Source: Patescibacteria group bacterium UBA3530 (GTDB taxonomy: Bacteria; Patescibacteriota; Minisyncoccia; Phycocordibacterales; UBA2100). Taken from it: 64,000 nt of DNA. The notes beneath the pieces are model-generated. The model saw only the letters and a program-made list of their open reading frames with translations. It searched no databases and was not told the DNA's origin. The stretch covers positions 1,340 through 65,339 of the forward strand of contig DFOX01000009.1 of NCBI GenBank assembly GCA_002376945.1. Direction: 5' to 3'. Below are positions 27,472 to 37,961 of the stretch, piece by piece. The position numbers and the translations under genes are program-made. How positions within the stretch are numbered: the first letter of the stretch is position 1; each line of letters begins with the position of its first letter.

Positions 27472-29001
27472 TTATCGAGCAAATTCAATGGAACGACTCT
27501 CTCGAATGACATTAATCTTAATCTCACCAGGATAGTTCATTTCGTCTTCTATCTGCAAGGCAATGTTTCGTGCGAGTTCTTTAGCTTGCAAATCAGTTAT
27601 TTCGTCTGGTTTTACAAACACACGCACTTCGCGACCTGCTGCGATGGCATAACTCTTTTCCACGCCCGGATTTCCATCAGCAATTTTCTCAAGATCCTCT
27701 AGGCGCTTAATGTAATTCTCCACAGAATCTCGTCGTGCACCCGGACGTCCTCCTGAGATAGCGTCAGCGACTTGCACAATGTAACTTTCCGGATTTGAGT
27801 ATGGGTATTCTTCGTGATGAGCTTCCATGGACTTAATGACCTCAGGATCAACATCGAATTTTTGCAGTATCCGACGTCCAATCTCAACGTGCGTTCCAGT
27901 CACTTCGTGATCAACTGCCTTTCCAATGTCGTGGAGCAATGCTCCCGCACGTGCAACTTGTACATTTGCTCCAATTTCCTCCGCGATAATTGCTGCAACA
28001 TGTGCCATTTCAACAGAGTGAGCGAGAACATTTTGTCCGTAACTGGTTCGAAAGTGCAGGCGACCAAGAACAATCAACAGTTTTGGATCGAGATTGTGCA
28101 CATGCGCTTCAAATGCCGCCTCTTCACCGCGTTTTTTGATTATGACATTGATTTCTTCGCGTGCTTTTTCTACCGTTTCTTCAATTTTAGCCGGCTGAAT
28201 GCGTCCATCAATAACGAGGTTTTCCAAGGCCACGCGTGCAACCTGACGGCGTACCGGGTCGAATGAAGAAATGGTGATTGCCCCAGGTGTGTCGTCCACA
28301 ATCACATCAACACCGGCCGCTCTTTCAAACGCTCGAATATTGCGCCCTTCTTTACCGATAATTTTCCCTTTAATTTCATCATTTGGGATAGCCACCGTGG
28401 TTGAGATAACATCTGATTGAAGATTATTTCCAATACGGTGAATTGCGGTGGTTAAAATTTCTTGCGCACGTTGTTCATATTTTTCTTCACCGGCACGTTC
28501 CAATTTCAAAAGACGCACGTTCAAGTCCTCTTCGTGTATTTTTTTCACTTGCTCGAGAAGTTCTTTTTTCGCCTCTTCGGTTGAGAGACCGGCAACTTTT
28601 TGCAACGCTTCTTCTCGTTCGCCAAGGGTTTTCTCTGCTTTTTCGCGGAGTTCCTTCACCTTGTCCGCCTTGGCCTTGACCTCATCTTCGTCTTCATCCA
28701 GATCACCCTGACGTTTATCCAAAAGCTCTTCTCGCCGAATGAGACGTTCTTCGGTTTTTTTAAGATCTCCTTCTTTTTCTTTCAGTTCCTGAGTACGTTC
28801 GTTGATAATAGATTCAGCTTTTCGTTCAGCATCTTCCGTGATGCGTTTTGCATCTTCCTTCGCTTCAAGCATCATTTGCTTGATTTGCAACTCCATCGAT
28901 CCGCGTTTACCCAAAGATACTATCCATCGGAGGAAGTATCCAAATCCAACGCCAAACACTGCTGCGAGCAGCAGAAGCATGATTATTACTTTTAAGGACA
29001 T
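27472..29001 (-). CDS. rny: ribonuclease Y
   Basis: N-terminal TM segment, coiled-coil, KH domain (IIGKEGRNIRAFE) and HD domain (LLHDIGKA). Confidence 0.9.
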   Translation of the reverse strand: MSLKVIIMLLLLAAVFGVGFGYFLRWIVSLGKRGSMELQIKQMMLEAKEDAKRITEDAERKAESIINERTQELKEKEGDLKKTEERLIRREELLDKRQGDLDEDEDEVKAKADKVKELREKAEKTLGEREEALQKVAGLSTEEAKKELLEQVKKIHEEDLNVRLLKLERAGEEKYEQRAQEILTTAIHRIGNNLQSDVISTTVAIPNDEIKGKIIGKEGRNIRAFERAAGVDVIVDDTPGAITISSFDPVRRQVARVALENLVIDGRIQPAKIEETVEKAREEINVIIKKRGEEAAFEAHVHNLDPKLLIVLGRLHFRTSYGQNVLAHSVEMAHVAAIIAEEIGANVQVARAGALLHDIGKAVDHEVTGTHVEIGRRILQKFDVDPEVIKSMEAHHEEYPYSNPESYIVQVADAISGGRPGARRDSVENYIKRLEDLEKIADGNPGVEKSYAIAAGREVRVFVKPDEITDLQAKELARNIALQIEDEMNYPGEIKINVIRESRSIEFAR

Positions 29002-29171
29002 ATACGTTTCTGCCCGTTGTTCTTACACGTTATTTAGTTTTATGTGGTGTGTGAATGAGTGTTCGTATCGGTACATAAAGCAGTCATCAGTGTCAGAAAA
29101 ACGGAAAATTAATTGATTAAACCAATGGCGAAAGCATACCAGAAAAATATCAATCTGTAAAAGAGGTGCTT

Positions 29172-29765
29172 CTATTGCATCACTTTATCGATAATACCGT
29201 ATTTCTTGGCCTCTTCGGCGGTCATAAAGTAGTCGCGATCTACGTCATGCTCAATTTTGGACAGTTTTTGTCCGGTAGATTGAGCCAAGATATTATTTAT
29301 TGATTCACGCAAACGCAAAATGTATTTGGCACTAATTTCTATATCAGACGCTTGACCTTGTGCTCCTCCATGAGGTTGATGAATCATAACATCCGAGTTT
29401 TTGAGTGCGTAGCGCTTCCCTTTAGCTCCTCCGGCGAGAAGTACCGATCCCATGGACGCAGCCATACCGACACATATGGTCGATACATCAGGTTTTATAT
29501 GATGCATGGTATCGAGAATTGCTAGTCCGGCGGTTACATGACCACCGGGAGAGTTAATGTAAAAAGAAATATCAGCATCAGGGTCTTCTGATTGCAGGAA
29601 GAGAAGTTGTGCGATAATGAGATTAGCCACTTGATCGTCAATTGGCCCGCCAAGAAAAATGATGCGCTCTTTGAGTAGGCGAGAGTAGATATCATATGCT
29701 CGTTCACCAAATTGTCCTTTTTCGACAACCATAGGAACAAGTTGTGCTTTTGGTTCGTGTGTCAT
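29172..29765 (-). CDS. clpP: ATP-dependent Clp protease proteolytic subunit
   Basis: GMAASMGS catalytic Ser context; YINSPGG. Confidence 0.9.
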   Translation of the reverse strand: MTHEPKAQLVPMVVEKGQFGERAYDIYSRLLKERIIFLGGPIDDQVANLIIAQLLFLQSEDPDADISFYINSPGGHVTAGLAILDTMHHIKPDVSTICVGMAASMGSVLLAGGAKGKRYALKNSDVMIHQPHGGAQGQASDIEISAKYILRLRESINNILAQSTGQKLSKIEHDVDRDYFMTAEEAKKYGIIDKVMQ

Positions 29766-29782
29766 ATGTCGGAACTATATCC

Positions 29783-30859
29783 CTATTTCCCCACTTCTTC
29801 AAGGAATGTGAACACCATTTCATTACGTTTGGTGGTTTCCACGTACATGCGTACGTTTTCTTCTTCTGCCTGCGGGTAGTGCTGCAAGACGTGCGCCACT
29901 TCTCGTTGCACTTCCTCTGCATCAGGTTTAATGCGCTCGTTTTTTGAGATGGTGTTAAGAATCAGTTGCAACTTTGCTCGCTTCTCGGCTTCCGGCACCC
30001 ATTCTTCTCGCAGATTCTCGATTGTTTTGTCTATATTCTTTAAATAGTCCTCCAGTTTTGTTCCGGTGTGAGCAATTTCCGCTTCCATCTGAGCTTGTAT
30101 ACGATGCAATTCTTGATCAACGAGAAGTTGAGGTAACGTAATCTTTGAATCAGCGATAATTTTTTCGACTGTCGCAATGCGCTTCTTGTCCTTTGCACGC
30201 AACTTCTTCTCCTCAAGAATATTTTCTCTCACTTTTGCTTCAAAGTCGGCAACTGTCTTAAAATCACCCAAAGTTTGTACGAATTCGTCGGTGAGCTCAG
30301 GCAATTCGTCGTCCTTAATTTCCGGTACGGAAGGATTTTCAACACCATCTTTCTTTTGTTGCTCGTAACCCTCAACATGCGCTCGCTGACGACGAACGTG
30401 AGTGAGAGTATCTTCCAGTTCTTTGTCGGTTACCTCAAAAGTTTCTTCCGTGCTAAAGATATCGTAAGCAGTTTTCTTGTAATCTGAGAGCTGTATTGCA
30501 GGCATCACTGCGGTAGTTGCAGTGAATTCCAGAGGGTTATCCTTTGCAAGTTTCTTAATGTGTATTTGAGGAGATCCAATAGCATCTATCTTTTCTGAAA
30601 CAATGATGGTCGGATATATTGCAGCGAGCGCCAAGTTACCGGCTTTCTCCATAACACGGCTCTCACCGAGATGTCCGAGAAGCATGTCTTCTGGAACATT
30701 TCCTTTACGAAACCCAGGTACTTCAACATCTGCCCCAAGTGTTTGGATCGCCTGTTCACGGTATGTGGTAACTACCTCGGCAGGAATGGTTGCAGAAATC
30801 TCATACTCGGAGTTTCCAAGGTCTTTTGTTTGTAAATCGGTATATTGTGTTGTATGCAT
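29783..30859 (-). CDS. tig: trigger factor (short form)
   Basis: Trimmed to MHTTQYTDL; ribosome-binding motif GFRKGNVP; adjacent to clpP. Confidence 0.75.
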   Translation of the reverse strand: MHTTQYTDLQTKDLGNSEYEISATIPAEVVTTYREQAIQTLGADVEVPGFRKGNVPEDMLLGHLGESRVMEKAGNLALAAIYPTIIVSEKIDAIGSPQIHIKKLAKDNPLEFTATTAVMPAIQLSDYKKTAYDIFSTEETFEVTDKELEDTLTHVRRQRAHVEGYEQQKKDGVENPSVPEIKDDELPELTDEFVQTLGDFKTVADFEAKVRENILEEKKLRAKDKKRIATVEKIIADSKITLPQLLVDQELHRIQAQMEAEIAHTGTKLEDYLKNIDKTIENLREEWVPEAEKRAKLQLILNTISKNERIKPDAEEVQREVAHVLQHYPQAEEENVRMYVETTKRNEMVFTFLEEVGK

Positions 30860-30937
30860 GCGGCGGAGTGTAGCAGCAGAGAAGAGAAAATGCAAAAACC
30901 CGCGAATGGTTCACGGGTTTTATCTGTATGAAATGTG

Positions 30938-31267
30938 TTACAGTTCCGCTTCCAGTGCGCCCAATCCCGCATCGAGTTCTGCTTCAAAACCAGCAACATC
31001 AAATGCATCTAACTCGCTTTCAAGTTGTACCGGATTATCTTGTGCATCCGCAATGTCTTCAACGGGAACAACGCCGATCTCGCTTTCTTGATTGTTTAGT
31101 TTTGTGCCCCACATGTACAGACCTCCGAAAATAAGGATAATGATGATAACTACTATTCCGACAATTGGTCCCACTCCTTCCTTCTTTGGTTCTGCGGGAG
31201 TTTCTACACCTTCTGTTGCGGGAGTTTCGTTCTCCACGGGTGGAGTGGTGTTAAATTCTTGTTCCAT
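30938..31267 (-). CDS. small membrane protein, acidic
   Basis: 109 aa with one TM segment GPIVGIVVIIIILIFGGLYMW. Confidence 0.4.
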   Translation of the reverse strand: MEQEFNTTPPVENETPATEGVETPAEPKKEGVGPIVGIVVIIIILIFGGLYMWGTKLNNQESEIGVVPVEDIADAQDNPVQLESELDAFDVAGFEAELDAGLGALEAEL

Positions 31268-31293
31268 ACGTTACGTAATTATTGGTTTTTAAT

Positions 31294-32265
31294 CTATTCC
31301 TCCGGCTCTGATACTCTGCCGAGAGATCTAAGTTCCTTAATTGCTGCTCCCAACGCTTTGTGGGATTCTCTGACCGCTACCGATGCAGCTCGCACTGATG
31401 TTTTTACCTCGTCCAAGTGTTCTCGTGGCGTTTCTGATTCAAGCATTGTGGTAAAGAGGATTCGAGCGTCAGAAAGTGCAATGGCAGCATCCGCGATAGC
31501 TATTTCGGCGACATTGGTGGCAGCTTCTACTGACGTGGTATCTACTCCATTTGCTGCAAGTTCGGCGATTTTGTTATTCACCCGATCAAGAATGTCAGTG
31601 AAGTTCTCAAGTGCCCGTGCAATCCTGTCTAGAATACCCTCAAGATGTCCCTTGATTCTTTCACCAACCTCTGATTGGATTTCCGCTGTAAGTTCCTTAC
31701 GGTTTTCCTTAAATGCTGCTCGCATTTCTTCTGCGCGAGCGCGAAATGCCGCTCTTCGCTCAAGAGCTTCTTTCCTCATTTCTGCCCTCTCTTCCTTTGC
31801 GGCCTCGAGGATAGCCTGTCGTTCTTCTGGAGTTTCCGCTGCATCTAGTGCCTCTTTTATTTCATTGCGACGATTGTCTACCTCAGTTTGTATCTCATCA
31901 CGAATCTCTCGTGCTTCGCTTTGTAATCCTCGACGCATCTCTTCACCCTCTCTTTGGAGTTCGTCACGTCTTTTGTTGACACCCTCTCTAAAATCGACAC
32001 TTCTTTCCTTGAATGTTTCTCGTTTTTCTTTAACGGCATCACGGAATGCGTTCCTCTCTTCTCGATTCTCTTGTAGCTTCGTGCGCAATCCTTCTGCTGT
32101 ATCAACATCCGGACGTTGCAAAGACTTGAAGCGTACCGGACGAGGTTCTTGTTGTTCAATGCCTGTAGCGTCAAGTTCTTGAGCCGTGGCTGGAACGGCC
32201 AGTACAAATGCAAGTAGTAGTGCAGCAGCTATACTCGATACTACTGATGTATGGGTAATAGTCAT
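31294..32265 (-). CDS. secreted coiled-coil hypothetical protein
   Basis: Signal peptide MTITHTSVVSSIAAALLLAFVLAVPATAQE; Arg/Glu-rich repeats. Confidence 0.5.
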   Translation of the reverse strand: MTITHTSVVSSIAAALLLAFVLAVPATAQELDATGIEQQEPRPVRFKSLQRPDVDTAEGLRTKLQENREERNAFRDAVKEKRETFKERSVDFREGVNKRRDELQREGEEMRRGLQSEAREIRDEIQTEVDNRRNEIKEALDAAETPEERQAILEAAKEERAEMRKEALERRAAFRARAEEMRAAFKENRKELTAEIQSEVGERIKGHLEGILDRIARALENFTDILDRVNNKIAELAANGVDTTSVEAATNVAEIAIADAAIALSDARILFTTMLESETPREHLDEVKTSVRAASVAVRESHKALGAAIKELRSLGRVSEPEE

Positions 32266-32378
32266 GGTATGTATTGATATTTTTAATCTTATGAATCTAT
32301 ATTAACGTGATTCTATCTTTTATAATAACACCCCGTATCACTAAAGCGAATACAGGGTGTTATCTTGTGGTGAGGAAT

Positions 32379-32900
32379 CTATTGATTACCCTCTGCGTAC
32401 ATTTTCTGACTTTTTTCAAATGCTTCTTTTGCTTGGCGAGCTCCGTGCCATTCTCCCACACTTACTTCTTTGTTCTGCACTTTTTTGTATGTTTCAAAAA
32501 AGTGCGACATTTCTTTTATAAAGTGTGGATTAAGATCATTAATATCCGTTACATCATCAAATCGAGGGTCTTCAATCGGAACGGCCACCACTTTATCATC
32601 TCGCTCTCCACCATCAATCATTTCCATAATCGCTACCGGACGTGCCCTCACCAAAATTCCAGGCGCAAGAGGGTATGTCGTTACCAACACCACATCAAGC
32701 GCATCTCCATCGTCAAAGAGTGTTTGAGGAACGAATCCGTAGTCAAACGGGTAGTCTTGAGCAGTGTGCATTACACGGTCAAGAGCTATCATTCCCGTAT
32801 GCTTATCAATCTCATATTTATTCTTCGAGAATTTAGGAATTTCGATGATGACATTCATCTCTTCTTTTGTGCCTGAAGATATGTCGTGTAGTAGGTTCAT
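32379..32900 (-). CDS. ppa: inorganic pyrophosphatase
   Basis: IIEIPKFSKNKYEIDK ... DGDALDVVLV. Confidence 0.9.
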   Translation of the reverse strand: MNLLHDISSGTKEEMNVIIEIPKFSKNKYEIDKHTGMIALDRVMHTAQDYPFDYGFVPQTLFDDGDALDVVLVTTYPLAPGILVRARPVAIMEMIDGGERDDKVVAVPIEDPRFDDVTDINDLNPHFIKEMSHFFETYKKVQNKEVSVGEWHGARQAKEAFEKSQKMYAEGNQ

Positions 32901-32980
32901 GGTATTTTGTTACTCGCTAAGGATTGTATTGTAGCGTATCGCATGAAGGTATTCCATGTAAAGCGATGTACGTGAGAAAG

Positions 32981-34183
32981 TTACTCCTCGGCTTTTTCTG
33001 CAACCACTTCGTCCATTGTTTCAACAGTGTCCTCGGTCACGGTAACATCACCTTCTTCGGTTGATTCGGCAAGAGCTTCACCGCCAACTGATGTGATATC
33101 GATACCCCAACCAGTTAATTTGGCAGCAAGACGTACATTTTGACCCCCGCGACCAATGGCGAGAGATTGTTGATCCTCAGTGACCTCAACCACGGCACGT
33201 TTTTCTCCTTCTGCGTCTTCTGCAATGGCAACACTGATTACCTCGGCAGGAGAGAGCGCTCGTTCAATAAATTCCGCAGAATCTTCTGAATAGTCAATAA
33301 TATCGATTTTCTCACCACCAAGCTCACTCGTGACAGTTGAGACCCGAACGCCTCGTTGACCAACAAGTGATCCAACAGGATCGATATGATCGTCTGTGGT
33401 GATAACGGCAAGTTTAGATCGAGAACCTGCTTCACGAGCAACAGCTTTTATTTCAATAGTTCCGTTGGCGAGCTCAGGAGACTCTATCTCGAAGAGTTTC
33501 ACCAGGAATTGGGGATGCGATCTGGAAAGTTTCAAGAATGTTCCACGAGGAGATTCATCCACTTTGTACAAAAGAGCGCGAATACGTTCCCCTTGTCGAT
33601 ACCGTTCCCCTGGAATCTGCTCTTCGTAGGGAAGAATGCCGGTTGTTCGTCCAAGATCAACGTATAGGTTGCCTCGCTCAAATCTCTGTACGTGTCCTGA
33701 TACTACCTCGCCTTCTCGTTCTCCGAATTCCTCAAGAATTGATACTTTCTCAGCTTCTCGAATCTTTTGCATAATCACCTGCTTTGCTGTCTGTGCAGCG
33801 ATGCGTCCAAAGTCCTCCTGTGCTTCCAATGGAAAGTCAATTTCATCATCCAAATGTACATCCTTCCTAATATGACGCGCGTCAGCGATCATAATGTGGT
33901 GCTCTGGATTAAATCGAGTGCGTTCATCATCATCAGACTCCTCCTCATCATCCTGTCGTACGAGTGTTTCGTCAACTACAATTTTAATCTGTCGGAACTC
34001 AACATCACCCAAATCCATATTAAAGGATGCACGAATGATTTGCCCCTTCTTTCCGTATTCTTTCTTGTATGCTGCAGCAAGCGATTGTTCAATTGCGCTC
34101 AGCACTTTTTCTCGCGGAATACCACGATCCTCTTCAAGTTCAGCTAATACTGAGTTGATTACCTTAAGGTCGAATAAGCTCAT
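32981..34183 (-). CDS. nusA: transcription termination/antitermination factor NusA
   Basis: N-terminal domain followed by S1 and two KH domains (LAIGRGGQNVRLAAKLTGW). Confidence 0.9.
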   Translation of the reverse strand: MSLFDLKVINSVLAELEEDRGIPREKVLSAIEQSLAAAYKKEYGKKGQIIRASFNMDLGDVEFRQIKIVVDETLVRQDDEEESDDDERTRFNPEHHIMIADARHIRKDVHLDDEIDFPLEAQEDFGRIAAQTAKQVIMQKIREAEKVSILEEFGEREGEVVSGHVQRFERGNLYVDLGRTTGILPYEEQIPGERYRQGERIRALLYKVDESPRGTFLKLSRSHPQFLVKLFEIESPELANGTIEIKAVAREAGSRSKLAVITTDDHIDPVGSLVGQRGVRVSTVTSELGGEKIDIIDYSEDSAEFIERALSPAEVISVAIAEDAEGEKRAVVEVTEDQQSLAIGRGGQNVRLAAKLTGWGIDITSVGGEALAESTEEGDVTVTEDTVETMDEVVAEKAEE

Positions 34184-34284
34184 AGGCGTGTCTTAATGTT
34201 TTAATAAAAAGTTCCGGCTGATGCCGGACTAATCAATAACGGTATGTGCGGGTAATATACGGTATACGAGGCAATAAGTCAAGA

Positions 34285-34395
34285 AAAAAGCCTGTGTGGC
34301 ATCCCTCCGTCTTTGGGCTGGAGACGAAGACATACCGCACAGGCCCGGCACCCTCGAGCCGGAGAGGGTGCCGCTTGATTGAATATACACTATCG
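34285..34395 (-). ncRNA. GC-rich structured leader/sRNA-like element with intrinsic terminator upstream of nusA
   Basis: Minus strand GGCACCCUC-UCCGGCUCG-AGGGUGCC hairpin, then CCUGUG...CACAGG stem followed by CUUUUUU; GC-rich relative to flanks. Confidence 0.35.
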
Positions 34396-34515
34396 GTACT
34401 TCGTGTGTCAAAGTCATGAAAAGCACCACCGACGGATTTCTACACAACCCAAGAGAAGGAGATACGACAAACACTTGATATACTTACAACATAAAGGGCA
34501 CGTCTGTGCTCATGT

Positions 34516-36267
34516 GTGAATATGTACATTAACGATGAACAATTACGAGAGTTTCTCGGTGACTCAGGTCTTGTCTCAGAGAAGAAGTTTGATGCTGTAT
34601 TACGGAAGGCGGAGAAGAAAGGTGTTTCGGCGAGCGACATGCTTGTTTCAGAAGGTGAATTGTCAGAAGATGATTTGCGACGGTCGCATGCATACGTACT
34701 GGGCATTCCTTTTGTGGATTTGTCTCACACCAAGCCGGATCTCAACACACTGGCACTGATACCCGAACCCATTGCTCGGAGAAATAACATTGTTGCCTTT
34801 CGACAGGAGGGAAATGAACTTGAGGTAGCCATGCTTGATACTGATGATTTGGCAGCGATTGATTTCGTAAAGAAAAAGACCCAATTGAAAATCCTCCCTC
34901 GTTTGACTGACAATGAGTCAATTAAACATATGTTGCGACAGTATCAGAAGTCTCTGAGAGATGAGTTGGGGGACGTGATTGCTCGTGAATCTCAAACACT
35001 TGAGAAGTTTGGAAAATTACAACCCGAAAATGAACAAGATTTAAGAAAGTTGGCAGAGGGTGTGCCTGCGGTGCGAGTTCTCGATTCGCTACTACGGCAT
35101 GCAATAGTGCAAAATGCATCTGATATCCATATTGAACCGCGAGAAGATGCGCTCCTTGTTCGCTATCGCATCGACGGATTGTTACATGATGCAATGTCAT
35201 TACCAAAAAGCGCATCGGCATCGATAACCGCTCGGGTGAAAGTACTTGCGAGTCTCCGATTGGATGAAAAACGTCTTCCACAAGATGGAAGATTTAGAAT
35301 GGAAACCGATGGTGATCGCGTTTCTTTTCGTGTTTCCGTGTTGCCAACTCATCATGGAGAGAAAACGGTAATGCGTCTTTTGCGAGAAGATGTATCTGGA
35401 TTCACCCTCGAGTCTCTCGGTTTTCACGGAGAGGGATTGGAACGTATACACGAGGCAACACGAAAAAAGACAGGGCTCATCTTAGTCACCGGACCAACCG
35501 GGTCAGGAAAATCTACGACTCTCTACACCATACTAGATATTTTGAACACACCAGATGTGAATATTTCAACTGTTGAAGATCCAATTGAATATCAAATGCC
35601 ACGCATTAACCAAACACAGGTAAAACCCGATATAGGGTTCACTTTTGCAACCGGGTTGAGAAGTCTCGTGCGACAAGACCCTGATATTATCATGGTGGGG
35701 GAAATTAGAGACAGAGAAACTGCTGCACTTGCAATTAATGCAGCCCTTACCGGACACTTGGTGCTTTCAACGCTCCACACCAATTCTGCTTCAGGAGCTG
35801 TTCCTCGGCTGTTGGACATGGGTGTAGAACCATTTCTATTGGCATCAGTGCTCCAAGTGGTGGTGGGACAACGACTGGTGCGAACACTGTGTACGGAAAA
35901 AGATGAACAGAAGCTTTCTGCGGCAGAACTTGGTTCACTGGAAAAACATGCAGATATGGGAGCAATCCTCGATGCGCTGAAGGATGAAGAAATGATTTCC
36001 AAAAAAGCTACGTGGAAAAGCATTTCGATTGCCAAAGAAAAATCAACTCCCGAATGCGAGTCGGGCTATAGCGGGAGGAGGGGTATACAGGAGATACTCA
36101 CGGTAAGTGAAGCGATAAAGCAACTTATACTCGAAGGCGCCTCCACAGACAAGATTGAATCACAAGCACGAAAGGAGGGGATGCTCACCATGCTTGAGGA
36201 TGGTGTATACAAAACAGTAGTAGGAACAACGAGTCTCGCTGAAGTGTTGCGCGTAGTTTCAGAATAG
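34516..36267 (+). CDS. pilB: type IV pilus assembly ATPase PilB/GspE family
   Basis: Walker A LVTGPTGSGKSTTLY; GSPII_E N-terminal domain. Confidence 0.9.
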   Translation: MNMYINDEQLREFLGDSGLVSEKKFDAVLRKAEKKGVSASDMLVSEGELSEDDLRRSHAYVLGIPFVDLSHTKPDLNTLALIPEPIARRNNIVAFRQEGNELEVAMLDTDDLAAIDFVKKKTQLKILPRLTDNESIKHMLRQYQKSLRDELGDVIARESQTLEKFGKLQPENEQDLRKLAEGVPAVRVLDSLLRHAIVQNASDIHIEPREDALLVRYRIDGLLHDAMSLPKSASASITARVKVLASLRLDEKRLPQDGRFRMETDGDRVSFRVSVLPTHHGEKTVMRLLREDVSGFTLESLGFHGEGLERIHEATRKKTGLILVTGPTGSGKSTTLYTILDILNTPDVNISTVEDPIEYQMPRINQTQVKPDIGFTFATGLRSLVRQDPDIIMVGEIRDRETAALAINAALTGHLVLSTLHTNSASGAVPRLLDMGVEPFLLASVLQVVVGQRLVRTLCTEKDEQKLSAAELGSLEKHADMGAILDALKDEEMISKKATWKSISIAKEKSTPECESGYSGRRGIQEILTVSEAIKQLILEGASTDKIESQARKEGMLTMLEDGVYKTVVGTTSLAEVLRVVSE

Positions 36268-36269
36268 GT

Positions 36270-37478
36270 ATGAAATTTACATATACAGCAGAACGTCATG
36301 GCGAAACATACACCGGTACCATTGAGGCCAATGATCGCTTTGAAGTGTACCGTCAGGTGCGTGCTGAGGGAGGGGTGATCGTAAACGTAAATTCAGAGTC
36401 AAAAATAGTATGGAGTTTTTCGTATTGGAACGCCCGACTCTCCACCATCAAAGAGCACGACAAAATTATTCTTGCGTCGAACCTCTCGGCGATGCTTGAA
36501 GCTGGGTTGCCGGTCTCTCGGGCACTTGCGGTCGCCGAGAGACAGGCAAAAAACCCCAAACTTATCCAAGTACTCAGACTGGTTCGTGGAGACATCCAAA
36601 AGGGAGGCACGTTGCATACTGCGCTTGAGAGATTTCCTCATGTGTTTTCAAAGCTTTTCATCGCCATGGTGCGCGCAGGAGAAGAGTCCGGGACATTGGA
36701 CATGGCACTTAAGAGTATTGCCAGTCAACTCGAGAGTGCCTATCAATTAAAAAAAAGAATCAAAGGAGCACTTATTTACCCCAGCATTATTGTCATAGCA
36801 ATTGTGGGTATTGGGTTTTTAATGATGACTAGAGTGGTTCCCACACTCTCTAAAACATTTAAAGAGCTTGGTGCTGAATTACCTACAGCAACACAGGCGA
36901 TTGTTTCGGCAAGTGATTTTTTGGTGAATTACACTGCATTTTTCGCCGTTGGTCTCGTACTATGTATATTGGGAATACATGCTGCGCTTAAAACCACCAC
37001 AGGACAAAGAAGCCGTGACAAACTATTGCTCGTGATGCCACTGATTGGGACATTGGTGAGGGAAATCAATTCAGCGAGAACGGCACGAACTTTTGCATCG
37101 CTTCTTGAGGCGGGTGTTGACGTAGTGACGTCTCTTGAAATTACGGAACAAGTGGTGCAAAACCACTATCACAAAGATGTACTTCGTCTTGCTCAGAAAA
37201 AAGTACAGAAGGGAGAGCAATTATCAGAAGTATTTATGAAAAGAGAGGATCTTTATCCACCACTCATGTCAGAAATGCTTTTAGTTGGAGAGGAGACTGG
37301 AGCACTCGCAGATATGCTGGTACGAGTTGCTGATTTTTATGAAAGTGAGGTAACGCAAAAAACAAAAAACATGTCCACCATCATTGAGCCGTTCTTAATG
37401 CTGCTCATTGGAGGGGCGGTTGGGTTCTTTGCGATTGCGATGGTGGGCCCAATATACTCACTATCGGAAGCGTTCTAA
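36270..37478 (+). CDS. pilC: type IV pilus platform protein PilC/GspF family
   Basis: Two T2SSF repeats; TM segments. Confidence 0.9.
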   Translation: MKFTYTAERHGETYTGTIEANDRFEVYRQVRAEGGVIVNVNSESKIVWSFSYWNARLSTIKEHDKIILASNLSAMLEAGLPVSRALAVAERQAKNPKLIQVLRLVRGDIQKGGTLHTALERFPHVFSKLFIAMVRAGEESGTLDMALKSIASQLESAYQLKKRIKGALIYPSIIVIAIVGIGFLMMTRVVPTLSKTFKELGAELPTATQAIVSASDFLVNYTAFFAVGLVLCILGIHAALKTTTGQRSRDKLLLVMPLIGTLVREINSARTARTFASLLEAGVDVVTSLEITEQVVQNHYHKDVLRLAQKKVQKGEQLSEVFMKREDLYPPLMSEMLLVGEETGALADMLVRVADFYESEVTQKTKNMSTIIEPFLMLLIGGAVGFFAIAMVGPIYSLSEAF

Positions 37479-37483
37479 GTGTA

Positions 37484-37960
37484 ATGCGGTACAATACGAA
37501 TATGAATAGACGCGTTCTTTCCTCGCAAGGTTCAGGTTTAATTGAAGTGGTTGTAGCTTCAGCTTTGCTGCTCACGGTGTTTGTAGGTCTTTTTACCGTG
37601 CTGCAACTCAGTACCAAATTAGCGACTGATAACAAAGCGCATACGGGAGCAACAGCACTTGCAGTTGAGCGGATGGAATACATTCGGAGTCTAGACTACT
37701 CCGTAGTGGGGGTCGTGGGCGGAGACCCGCAAGGAGTGCTTGAAGCAACTGAAAACATCACGCTCAATACCGTTGCATACACACGCGACACCACCATCGT
37801 GTATGTAGATGATGAAAAAGATGGATTAGGAGGATCTGATGTAAACGGAATCAGTAATGACTACAAGCGAGTAAAAGTTGAAGTGTCATGGCAGAGCCCT
37901 TCCGGTACTCGATCGTCCACCATAGTGAGCGACATAGCAGGGTTACAAATAGAACAGTAA
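37484..37960 (+). CDS. minor pilin / pseudopilin (divergent prepilin leader)
   Basis: QGSGLIEVVVASALLLTVFVGLF prepilin-like N-terminus. Confidence 0.55.
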   Translation: MRYNTNMNRRVLSSQGSGLIEVVVASALLLTVFVGLFTVLQLSTKLATDNKAHTGATALAVERMEYIRSLDYSVVGVVGGDPQGVLEATENITLNTVAYTRDTTIVYVDDEKDGLGGSDVNGISNDYKRVKVEVSWQSPSGTRSSTIVSDIAGLQIEQ

Positions 37961-37961
37961 T

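Noticed and set aside
31259-32182. 307-aa plus-strand ORF (Ser/Arg-rich)
   Set aside because: Fully antisense to the 31294..32265 minus-strand gene, which has a signal peptide and protein-like composition. The plus-strand frame is low-complexity S/R/A-rich, typical of an antisense artefact.
34229-34474. 81-aa minus-strand ORF upstream of nusA
   Set aside because: It spans the GC-rich hairpins of the leader element. There is no RBS, and it is better explained as structured RNA.
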